DNA from: Vicugna vicugna
Lineage: Eukaryota
Assembly (NCBI GenBank): GCA_013265495.1
Contig: MU058001.1
Coordinates: 12,763 to 76,762, forward strand
Reading direction: 5' to 3'
DNA: 64,000 nt
Part shown: piece after piece, positions 39,220 to 52,019 of the stretch
Numbering within the stretch: position 1 is the stretch's first letter
Layout of the letters: every line of letters starts with the position of its first letter
Notes under the pieces: generated by a model
What the model was told of the DNA's origin: nothing
The model's input: only the letters and a program-made list of their open reading frames with translations
Databases searched by the model: none
Position numbers and translations under genes: made by a program

Positions 39220-41135
39220 GTCAGTAAAATTCAACAAAAATAACTACAACACAAAACAATACTCAAGAACACATGTGAACAGTTGAAGTTTGGTAGACTT
39301 AAACACACCAAGGAGGCTGAACTGAGGGAAGAGCTGATTTGGTGTCTGCAACCAAGTCCCACTGACTCGGTTATCTGAGTCCACAAGTTCAGAGATCACA
39401 GTAGAAACAGGGTCTCAGTGGTTAACACAGCTTCAGCCTCCAACTGCACCAGTACTCATGGTCACATCTAACTAGGAGGGAGCCACAATGGAGACAGAAA
39501 TTCCATCCTGCACACTCAGATATTCATGGCACTGTCCTAAATACCCATTCACAGTGGTGGAGACAAGTTACCTTGCAACACTGGACATGGCAAAGGCACT
39601 TGCCTGATTCCAAATACCACCTGTCTTTACACGTTTCCTCATTGTGTACACTGAGTCTCAAGGGATATCAAATAAAAGGAAGGGTTCGCTGTCCCAGTGA
39701 CAACAGTGGCATTAACTACCAGAGAAGTCTAAGAAGTGACAATGAAAGCACATCTTTTATCCAGACAGTAGCGACTGGAAAGTGCCAGTTTGAAATATTA
39801 ACAGAGGTAGCTCAGGTAAGTAAAACCAAAAATTGTGCAATATTGCAAACTACCAGAAAACTAAAACAAGGGCTCCAACTCCCATTCTGTTATTTAGTGT
39901 CATCAGAGCAATAATTTATCAAGATCATGACCAATCACAGTAACATTATAGGGAACACACACACACATACACAGACACAGACAAAGACACACATGCACAC
40001 ACACAATATCAACATGCAGCAAACTAAAGTCATGGTATATTATATAACTAATAGAGAATCCAAACAGGTGTCATACAGAAACTCAATACAAAAAAACAAA
40101 ACTAAGAAAGCAGTTTAGTGAGCTCAGGAATAAATTAAATGATGATAAGGAATACATTATGAATGAGACTGAAATTATAAAATAACCAAACATTATTGGA
40201 GGACCAGGAGAACTTAATGAATGAGATGAAGAATGCAACAGAAAGCATTGGAAGTAGACTGTCTTTGTGGAATACAGGTTAGCAAACTCACCAATACAAA
40301 AGTAGAAATGATAGGAGATGGCAGAGATACAAGATAATAAAAAGTGAGGAAATTCTACAATAGCCATCAGACTTCCTCAGAAAGTGCACATTAGAGTGGA
40401 ATCCTGGAGGGAGAAGAAAGTTAGAAGGCAGCTGATGGTTTATTTAAAGTAGTAATAGTTGATAATTTCCTGAACCTAGGTAAGGAACTGACATACAAGT
40501 CTGTGAGCCAAGAAAACACCAATAGGTTTAAGACAAAGTGACCTGCTTCAAGATACATCATATGCAAATTGGCAAGTCAATGACAGAGTAAAATTTTAAA
40601 GGCAGCCAGTAAAAGTTATAATCTACAAAGGAACCCCCATTAGGCTTTCAGCAGATTGCTGAGCAGAAAACATAGGCCAAGGGTAAATAAAATTACACTT
40701 TCAAACTACTGAAATAAGAAATCTCTCACCCAATAATACTTACACAGTTATCACTTAGATATAAAGTGAAAATAAAGACTTTACCAGGCAAACAAAACCT
40801 GAATGGGATGAAAATAAAACCAAGACACCTTATAAGAGGTGTAGAAAAGAAGTCTTCTAAGAAATATAAAATGGCAAAAATATGCAAAACATTGACCAAA
40901 ATGCTAAGGAGAGACACGAGAAAGTTGCAACTGTTTCTTTGGGTATGTTTTTAAATGCTACTATACTATATGGATAAAAGAGGGAAAAATAGGAAATCAG
41001 GGGCAATAAATATAGATAATTCAAACTGGCAACATGTTCACAACAGTAAAAGAAATAATTTGAAACGGTAATTGTAAAAGGCAAAGAGTAAAAATAAAAC
41101 AATATTAAAGGAAGATGCTATCAGCGGAAAAAGGA
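39220..41135 (+). mobile_element. Ancient L1 5' region and ORF1 remnant (paralog of 4400-6365)
   Basis: Direct alignment; CCCATTAGGCTTTCAGCAGAT. Confidence 0.75.
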
Positions 41136-41154
41136 CTAAATTATACATGAGATG

Positions 41155-44100
41155 TTTTATTTTTAATTGAAGTACAGTAGGTGTACAATATTGTGTAGTT
41201 TCAGATGTACAGCATAGTTATACGAACCATTTTGTTGATTATATTGCATAATGAATTATTACAATAATTGTAACATATAATCATTTTAAGCTGTTGTGTA
41301 TAATTCCCTGATCTATACAGATAATCCTTGTTGCCTCTCTCCTTTATGTATACTACTTTGTATATGTCAATGTCCTACCATTAAATTCTCTTTCCCTTCC
41401 CCTTTGGTAAACATGAATTTTTTCCCATATATTTGAGTCTGCTTAAGTCTTGTCTGTCTAATCTTTTACCTCTCCATCATGTCTCTCTCTATCAATGTAT
41501 CTATGTATCTTTCTATGTATCTATCTATGTATCTATCAATCTATCAATCAATCTATCTATCATATATGTATGCATCTATCCTTCTATTTGTCTGTCATTT
41601 ATCAATGGATAGCTATAGATAAATGTACACAAATATTATACTTTAGATTCCACATATAAATTATATTATATAATTTTGTCTTTGTCTAAGTTACTTCACT
41701 AAGCTCGATACTTATTAGGTACATTCATGATGCTGAAATATCAATTTGTTATACTTTTATGGCTGAGTAATATTCCATTGCATATTTATAGAAGCATCAT
41801 ATCTTCTTAAGTCCATACTCTTCTGTGGACTCTTGGTTTGCTTCCCTGTCTTGCATATTATAAACAGTGCTCTTGTGAACATTTGTTCTTCTCAATTTAG
41901 GGTGTTTTCCCCAGAGTTTTCATAGGAGAGGTATTACTGTGTCGTATGGTAGTTGACTTTTATTTTTTAAACAAATCTGAATACTGTTTTCCATACAAGT
42001 TGTACCAATTTATATTCCTACCAAGAGTTTACAAGAGATTTATTACCTCCACATCGTTTCCAACACTTATTTGTAGACTTTTTGATAATAGCCGTTTGAC
42101 TAGTGTGAAGTGATACCTCATTGTTGTTTTGATTTGCAATTACATAATAATTAGTAATGTTGAACAATTTTATCACTTGCTTGTTACTCATCTATATGTT
42201 TTCTTTGGAAAAATATTAACTCAGGTACTCTGCTCTTGTTCTTGATTGGGTTTTTGTTTTTCACCTTGAGTTGTGTAACCTAAATCCATGTTACATATAT
42301 AAACCTTCATCTATTAACCCCTGGTCACTTGCATTGTTTGCAAATATGTTCTCCAATTACACAGGCAGTGTTTTCATTTCATTGATAGTGTCCTTAGCTG
42401 TGCAGAAATTTTCAAGTTTGTTTAGGTCCCACTTGCTTATTTTTGCTTTTATTTTTTTTGCCTTAGGAGATTGATATTAGAAAATATTCCTATGAAATGT
42501 ATACAATACTGTATCACGTATATTCCCTTCTAGCAGTTTTATAGTATCAGGTCTTACATTTAGGTCCTTAATACACTTGGAGTTTATTTTTGTATATGAT
42601 GTCAGGGAATGCTCTAATTTCACTGTTTGACATGTAGATGTCCAGCTTTCACAAAACCAACCATTGAGGAGACTGTCTTTTCTCCATTGTGTTCTGTTGC
42701 CTCTTTTATCATAGATTCATTTCTCATAGGTGTGTGTAATTATTTCTGGGCTCTCTATCTGATTTATTGATTATATCTCTGTGTCAATGCCATACTGTTT
42801 TTATTACTCTAGATTTGTTGTATAGTAAGGTATCTGGGAGGGTTATAACTCCAGATGTGTTGTTTCTCCCAAAGATAATTTTGACAATTTTTAATGGTTT
42901 CATGTAAAACTTAGAGTTATTTATTTTCTGGTTCTGTGGGAAATACTACAGTTTCATAACAGGAATTGCACTAAATGTGTAGATTTCTTTGTGTAGTATG
43001 GACATGTTAACAATATTAACTCTTTCAATCCAAGAGCAGAAGACATTTTTCCATTTCTTTGAATCATTTTTAAATCCTTGGTCAATGTTTTATAAATTTC
43101 TGTGTTTAAATTTTCACATATGTGGTTACATTTATTCCAAGGTATTTGGGGGAATGGGGTTTTAAACAGTATTGCTTTCAACGTCCATTTTATGGTATCT
43201 CATGATTAATGTGGAGAAATGCAAGAGACTTCTTTACATTAATCTTGTACCCTGCTCCCTTGATGAAATTATTTATTGTTCATAATAGTCAGTTTGGAGC
43301 CCTTAGGACTCTCTATGTAGATTGTTATGTCATCAGTACTGGTGACATTTTTGCGTCTTTCTTTCCATTTTGCTTTTCTTTTACTTCTTTTCCTTTTCCT
43401 TTTCCTTTCTTCTATTACTATTGAACGGAAGTGGTGAGAGTAGGAATCCTTGTGTTTTTTCCGAATTTACCCAGAATGCTTTTAGCCTTTCCCCTGAGTA
43501 TTATAAATTGTTATAAATGGCCTTTAGTATGTTGAGATATGTTCCCATTGTACTCACATTCATTAGAGTTCTGATAATGAATGTATGTTGAATTTTTGAA
43601 AGGATTTTTCTTTGTGTATTGACATGGTCTTGTTAATTTTTTCCTTCATTTATTAGATATGTGTCATGCTGCTTGACTTGTGTATGTTGAACCATCCTTG
43701 TGACTCTGGAAGGAATCCAACTGATCATCGTGTATAATCCTTTCTATGTATTGCTGGATTAATTTGTTGATGTTTTTCGAGGATTTTTGAATGTATATTC
43801 ATCAAAGATATTGGATTGTCATTTTCTTTTTTTTTTTTTTTGCTAGTGTCTTTGACTGTTTTTGTTATCAGGGTAATGGTGGCCTCATAGAATAACTTTG
43901 GGAATTTTCCTTCCTCCATTTTTTAAAATAGTTGGGGAGAAAGAGGTTTTAGTGAAGGCATCCAGGCATTTTGTTCAAGGGGTGTTTTTGAAATTATAGA
44001 TTTTATTTAACTTATATTGATTGCTCTATTCAAGTTCTCAGTTTTCTCTTTATTCAGTGTTGGCAGGCTGTACGTTTCTAGAAACTTGTCCATTTCTTTT

Positions 44101-45240
44101 AGGTCGTCCAGTTGGTTGTCATGTGACAGCTCATAGTGTTTCCATAATCTTGTTTTGTATTTCTGTAATAGCAGATGTTATTTCTACTGTTTCATTTCTT
44201 ATTTTGTTTAGGTGCAGTCTCTGTATTTGTTGATAAGCCTGGCTAAATACTTACCTGTTTGTTAATATTTTTAAGAAAAATTAAAGCTGTTGATTTTATG
44301 ATTTGTAATTTATTTTATTTTTCATTATTTTTCAACTTTTATTTCATTTATTTTCAAACTAATCATTAAAGATTTCTCATTCTACTGCTTTTGGATTTTG
44401 TTTGTTCTTATTTCTAGTTATTTTGGGTGGTATGCTTGGTCCTTTGTATGAGGTTTTTGTTTTTCCTTATAGAAGGCCTGATTTGTTCTCAACTTCCCTC
44501 GTAGATTTGCCTTTGCTGCATCCCATACGTTTTATGAAGCTGTGTTTTCATTGTAATCTGACTCTAGTATGATTTTATTACCTCTTTGATTTCATCATTG
44601 ACCCTGTTTTATTTTATTTTTTTAAAGGATTTGGGATGATCTCATGTTTGTGCTTTTCCTAGTCTTCTTTCTAGAGTTGATGCATTGTTTCATACCTTTG
44701 TGTATGGAAAAATACTTGCTGTAACCTGTATTTGCTTAAAGTTCCTGAGGTTCATTTCATGGCATAATATGTAGTTAATTCCTTAGATAACATCCTGTGC
44801 ACACTGAAAAGCTTTTGTGTTCTGATTTTCTGATGCAGTGTCCAATAGCTCACTTAGGTTCAAATTATCTAATATGCTATTAAGACCTCTTTTTCCTTAC
44901 AGATATTCTTTCTGGATGATATGGCCATCAGAATAGTGAGGTGTTAAATTCATCTGCTATTATTGTTGCATAATGAATTAATTCCTTCATGTCTTCTAAA
45001 ATTTCTTTTTATATTTCGGATATATGGTGTTGGTTCCATATATATTTTAATGAGTGTAATACCCTATTTATTTATTGATCTATTTTTCTTTATAAAATCT
45101 CATATTTCTTTCATTTTGGCCCTTATTTTAAAACATATTTTGTATGAGTTGAGCATTGCCTTCTGCACTTTCTTGTCATTTCCATGGAATATCGTTTCCA
45201 TTTATCTCCAGACTATGTTTATCTTCCAACGTAAAGTGAG
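41155..45240 (-). mobile_element. L1, antisense (paralog of 6385-10450)
   Basis: [26 protein letters not shown]2p peptide. Confidence 0.92.
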
Positions 45241-45247
45241 ACTTTTT

Positions 45248-48200
45248 GGGGGGAGGCAAAGATGGTGGAGCAGAAGGATTCTCATAGCTCACCCTTTCCC
45301 ACAAATGCACCAAGACTTACACCCACAGACCCACTCAGCTAACAAGAGAACCTGCAGAACTATGACAGAACATTGTCCTCTTCAATAGATAAAGATGCAG
45401 AAAATCTGGTAGGAGAAAAGTGAGAAAGAAAGAAGAAAAGGCAAAACAGAGTGGGACAGGTCCCACGGGGAGGGAACAGTTAAGAAGGACTGGTGCTCAT
45501 TCACTGTGTCTCCCCTCTCCAACTGAGTTTGGCAGGACAGAGGGGGAGCCTCCAAGTCTTGGACCAGTAAAAAGTGTAAGTTGACAGAACTTAGTTAAAC
45601 AGGCACAGAGGATCCCAGTTACACCCAGCTGAAGTTGCATCCCAGACACTCAGGTAAGGGCCATGCTGCCCGAGCTGGGTGGTAGATGCAGTTGGCTGCA
45701 CTGTGGCATCCCATGGGAATGGAAAGGGCTTTGTGCTATTGCTGTGGGTGAACAGGGGAGAAAAATCTGGGCCCTCCATTAAACAACTGGGCAGATGCGC
45801 CCTGTGGGGAGAAAGGTGCATTCTCCATATCTGAAAATCCACAAAAGTTTCTAGGTGAAGAGACCTGGGGATAAGACACAGCCACCATACCCTCTGGTGC
45901 TTTGCATCCAGGTGGCAGTGGGGGACAACCTGCATCTACACCTAAGGACTTAGCAGCCTCAAGGACCAGACTGAGTCTTGTCTACACCCTGAGGCAGATA
46001 GGATCCTACTGTCATGTTTCCTCAGAGATCTTGTCCACCAAGACAAACAAGGAGCTGGATTTTGGCCCAGATGAGGGACAGGGCTGTTCCTCAGTCTTCA
46101 TGAGCCCACTTCCAGTGTGCAAACATGAGGTAGTGCATTCGGTGGCATAGATCAGCAGAGTGATCGGCACCCTGAGGGGGCATGTACCCCCCACATTTTG
46201 GGATGGAATGCAGCCCCTGACCATGGTGCTGGGAGAGGGTGTGATGCCCATTCCTGCCTGGTCTGTCAGCAACATCTGACTGCAGCATCGGGCAGGGCAG
46301 TTACAAGCAAGCCCAGGGTAAAGTGTGCTGCAACTGACCCTGTGTTGGGTGTAGGAGCAATCTGCTTGCCGACATGCCCTGGGAGCAGCACAGATGAGGG
46401 CTCCAATGGAGGGCATCTGGAAACAGCAAGTTGAGCTTCCAAAACAGGATGAATACCGAAAGACTTCACATTATATTGCACAGTCTCCAGGAGGACACTG
46501 ACCACTCCCTTGTTTTAATCTGTTTTTACCTGTTCCATTTTCAATTACCTTCTTGATTTTTATTTCTTAGGCAATTATATATACCCCCATTTTAATCCCT
46601 TTTAAATCCTTAAAAATATTTTTATTATTAATGTTTTTCAAATCTCTGCTTCAACTTGCTTTTCTATTATTCATTATAAAATGTCTTCAAAACTTTTTTA
46701 TCCCCTCTTTAAAATTCTTTATCTCTCTCTCTTTTTTCTCTTTTCTTTGTTGTATTACTACATAGGCATTAGGTAGATAAACTCCTTTAGGACCACAGTA
46801 GATAACTGATACTCCATAAACCACAATGTCAGAGAGGTAGGAGCAAAATGAAGAAGCAGAGGAACCATTCCCAACTGAAAGAACAAGAGAAATCCCCTGA
46901 AAGAATGATCAGTGAAATAAACATCGATATCCTACTAGATGAAGATTTCAAAAAAGGAGTGATCAAAATACTGAAGGAAATAAAAGAGATAGTGTTCAGA
47001 GATATAAAATATGTTAAAAATGAAATGGAAGCTATAAAGAAGAGCCGAGTAGAATAGGTAAACTCGTTCACTGAGTTGAGGAATTATCTAAAGGTGTTGC
47101 AAAGCTGACTAGATAATGCAGAGGAATGAATTAGTGACCTAGAAGTCAGGAAAATAGAAAGCACCCAATCAGAAGAGCTACAAGAGTAACAATGAGAAAC
47201 AAATGAAAAAAGCATAAGGGACCTATGGGATAGTAGAAAGCATGCCAATCTTGGCATGATAGAAATCCCAGATGGGGAAGAAAGATCAAAGTGGATTGCA
47301 AAGGTGTTTGAAGAAATTATGACTGAGAACTTCCCTAACATAAAGAAGGATTCAGATATCCAAGTATAGGAAGCTCAGAGTGTCCCAAACAGGAAGAACA
47401 CATATACACCCACACCAAGATATATAATTAAGATGACCAGAGTCAAGGATAAAGAAATGATCCTAAAGGCAGCAAGAGAATAGGAAAGTGTGAGTTACAA
47501 GGGAATCCTCATAAGGCTCCCAGCTAATGTCACTATACAAATACTACAGGCCAGAAGGGAGTGGCAAGATATATTCAAAGCCCTGAATGAAAAAATGATA
47601 TACCTTAGGATACTTTGACCAGCAAGGATATCCTTTATGGTAGAAGGAGACATAAGGAATTTCACAGACAAGAAGCAGATGCAAAAGTTTTGCAACACTA
47701 CACCCATGCTGAAAGAAATATTGAAAGGCCTTCTCTAAACAGAAAAGCAGCATGATTCTTCAGAAATGTGAAACTCACAGCTGGAAAGGTGATAACCCAT
47801 GAATTACAAATAAAATAATCACAAAATTTTAAAAAATGAGATACAAATCATTGAGAGTGGGAGAGGGAGGTAGAGAAATAGAGAATTTCTTTTTTGGTCT
47901 TTCTTTTTAAAATTTTTTGTTCTCTGTAGGATGGGTTTGAGATATTGTTACTATCCGTTTAATAAAAGCAGTTATAGTAATGGTCTAAAAGACATAAAAA
48001 AGGGTAACAAGAAGACAAAAACTTATCAGGGCTTCACTAAAACTAAATAAATTTCATGATAATACAAAGGAAAATTACCAAACCACCAAAGGAAGATGAA
48101 AGGAACAAAGAGGAAGTACCAAATGAACTGCAAAATAAGGTCAAAATGGCAATAAACACAAACCAATGATCAATTATTTTAAAAGTTAATGGACTAAATG

Positions 48201-51200
48201 CTCCAGTAGAAAGTCATAGAATGGCAGACTGGATAATAAAGCAAGAACCTTCAATATGCTGCATACAAGAGACCCCCTTCAGAGAGAAGGACACATATAG
48301 ATTGAGAGTGAAAGGATGGAAAAGCGTATTTCATACAAATGGAAAAGCCAAAAAGCAGGTGTTGCAGTACTGACTTAAGACTAAATAGTCTTTAAAACAA
48401 AGGCCATAAAGAAAGATAAAGAAGAACAGTTTATAATGTTTGAAGGAGTGATATAATACGAGGATAGCACACTCGTTAATACATATGCACCAAATACAGG
48501 CGCACCTAAGTGCATAAAATAATTACTAACAGATATAATGGGGGGTAGTGATGCGAATCTAATCATAGTTGGAGTTTTCAACAGTGCATTAACATCACTT
48601 GACAGATCACCGAGACAGAATATAAATTAGGCAACAGAAAATTTAAACAATATAATAGAAATATTACACTTGGTGGGTATTTTCAGAGCATTGCACCCCG
48701 CACAAAATAATATATACATTATTTCAAGTGCACATGGGACATTTTCCAGGATTCATGATGTATCTGGGCACAAAAGAAACCTCAGCAATTTTAAGAATAT
48801 AGAAATTACCACAAGCATCTTTACTGACCACAATGCCATAAAGCTAGATATCCACAACAGAGAAACAAAGGAGAACAATAGGAAAACATGGAGATGAAAC
48901 AATATGTTATTAAAAAACCAATGGGTCGATGAAGAAATCAAATCTAAAATGAAAAAGTACCTTGAGACAAAAGACAATTAAAGCAAAACCACACAAAATT
49001 TATGGGACACAGCAAAAGCAGTGTTTAGAGGGGAGTTTATAGTGATACAGGCCTTCCTCAAAAAGAAGAACAATCATAAATAAACAATTTAACCCACCAG
49101 TAGAATGAAATAGAAAAAGAAGAACAAAAAACCCCAAAAGGCAGCAGAAGGAAGGAAATCATAAATATTGGGGAGGAAATAAATAAAACAGACATTGAAA
49201 AAAACCATAGGAAAAAAATCATCCAATCCAAATCAGGTTTTTCGAAAAAGTAAGAAAAATCAACAAACCTCTGTACAATCCCAAATAGAAGAAAAGAGAG
49301 AGAGCACAAATTAACCAAATAAGAAAGGAGAATGGAGAAATTACAACAAATAAAAAAGAAATATAGAATATAATATGAAAATATTATTAAAAGTATATGG
49401 AAACAAATTGGATAACCTAGAGGTGACGGACAAGTTTCTGGAAACATACTGTCCACCAAGACTGAATCAAGAAGAAACTGACCCCTTGAACAAGCAGAGC
49501 ACTAGAAATGAAATTAAAATAGCAATATAAAACCTCCCTACAAATAACAGTCCAGGAACGGATGGCTTCACTGAGGAATTCTAACAAACATGCATAGAAG
49601 AACTCATACCACTCCTTCTCAAACTCTTCAAGAAGATTGAAAATGAAGGAATAATCCCAACATCATTCTATGAAGCCACAATCACACTGATACCACAACC
49701 AGGCAAAGACACGACCAAAAAAGTGGAATATAGGCCAATATCACTGATGAATACAGACGCCAAAATCCTCACCAAAATAGTAACAAATAGAATCCAACAA
49801 CACAGAAAAAAGATTATACATCATGACCAAGGGGGATCATGCCAGGGACACAGGGGTGGTTCAACATATGCAAATCAATCAATGTAATAAAGCACATCAA
49901 GCCAGGGACAGTGGTTCAACATATGCAAATCAATCAATGTAATAAAGCACATCAACAAGAGAAAGGATCAAAACCGCATGATCATCTCAATAGATGCAGG
50001 AAAATCATTTGATAAATATCAAAACCCATGTATGATAAAAACTCTCACCAGAGTGGGCATAGAGGGAACATATTTCAGCATCATGAAAGCCATAGATAGC
50101 AAATCTACAGTCAGCATAATACTCAATGGTGAGAAAGTTAAAACCTTCCCACTAAAATCTGGGACAAGACAAGGATGCACACTATCACCACTCCAACTCA
50201 ATATAATCTTGGTAGTCCTAACCACAGCAATCAAATAAGAGAGAGAAGTAAAAGGGATGAAATCGGAAAGGAAGAGGTAAAACTCTCACTATATGCAGAG
50301 AATATGTTACAATATATAGAAAACCCTACAAGATCCAGACAAAATTAACTACAGCTGATCAAAGAATTCAGCCAGGAAGCAGGTTACAAGATTAATGTAC
50401 AAAAATCAGTGGCATTTTTTTATGCTAATGATTCAGATAATACTATAGAGCTACAGTCAACATGACAGAACTATATTGGGTGGAAAACAGACATGTAGGC
50501 CAATGGAACAGAATAGAGAGCCCAGAAATTAACCCATAATATTTTGGTCAGTTAATCTTCTACAAAGGAGGCAAGAAAATACAATGGAATTGAGACAGTC
50601 CCTTCAGCAAATGGTGTTGGGAAAACTGGGCAGCAGCATGTAAATCAATGAAGCTAGAACACTCCCAATGAAGCTAGAACACCATACACAAAAATAAACT
50701 CAGAATGGATCAAAGACTTAAACATAAGATAAGATATATTAAACCTCCAAGAGGAAAATATTGTCAAAATATTATCTGACATATGTCTCAAAAATATTCT
50801 CTTAGAAAAAATAAAAGCAAGACTAAACAAATGAGACCTAATGAAACTTACAAGCTTCTGCACAGTAAAGATACCGGAAGTGAAACAAAAAGACAACCTA
50901 TGGAATAGAAAAAAAATTTCATATGAAACCGACAAAGGCTTGATCTCCAGAGTATATAAGCAGCTCATTCAACTGAATAAGAAGAAATAAACAATCCAAT
51001 ACAAAAATGGACAGAAAACCTAAACAAGCGATTCTCCATGGAAGACATACAAATGACCAAAAGACACATCAGAAAATGCTCAATATCACTGATTATCAGA
51101 GAAATGCAAATCAAAACTACAGTGAGGTATCACCTCACACTAGTCAGAACGGCCATCATTCAAAAATCCACAAATGACAAATGCTGGATGGGCTGTGGAG

Positions 51201-52014
51201 AAAGGGAACCGTCTTTCACTGCTGGTGGCAATGCAGTTTGGTGCAGCCACTGTGGAAAGCAGGATGGAGATTCCTGAAAAGCCAAGGAATCGACTTACCA
51301 TATGACCCAGGAATCCCGCTCCTGGGCATAAATCCAGAAGGAACCTTACTTCAGGATGACACCTGGACACCAATGTTCATTGCCAGCACAATTTTCAATA
51401 GGCAAGAAATGGAAACAGCCTAAATATCCATCTACAGTTGACTGGACAAAGAAGAGGTGTTATATTTATACAATGGAAAACTAGTCAGCCATATAAACTG
51501 ACAACCTAACATCATTTTCAGCAACATGGATGGTCCAGGTGAAATGTAGTCTAAGTGAAGTAAGCCAGAAAGAGATATAAAAATACCATAAAAAATGACT
51601 CAACAGTGGAATCTAAAAAAAAACAAAACCAAAGAAAAATGCACAAAGGAGAAAGAAAAATACCATAAAAAATGTCTCAACAGTGGAATCAATAAACGAA
51701 ACAAAACCAAAGAAAAATGCACAAATTCAAAATAGAAATAGACTGAAAGACATAGAATACAAAGTTTTGGTTGCCAAGGGGGCGGGGGGCGGGGAGAGAT
51801 AGACTGGGAGGTCAAAATTGTAGAATAGATAAACAGATTGTACTGTATAACACAGGGAAATATATAAAAATCTTACAGCAGCTCACAGAGGAAAAATGTA
51901 ACAACAAATGTATATATGTTCATTGTAACTGAAAAATTGTGCTCTTGGCTGGAATTAGAGAGAACTTTGTAAAATGACTGTAAACAATTAGAAAAAGTTA
52001 AAAAAAGGAAAAAA
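45248..52014 (+). mobile_element. Near-full-length decayed L1 (paralog of 10459-17094); ORF1 46848-~47738, ORF2 from 48146
   Basis: GGGGGGAGGCAAAGATGGTGG start; ORF1p MKKQRNHSQLKEQEKSPE; ORF2p [12 protein letters not shown]...[31 protein letters not shown]. Confidence 0.95.
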
Positions 52015-52019
52015 CATGA

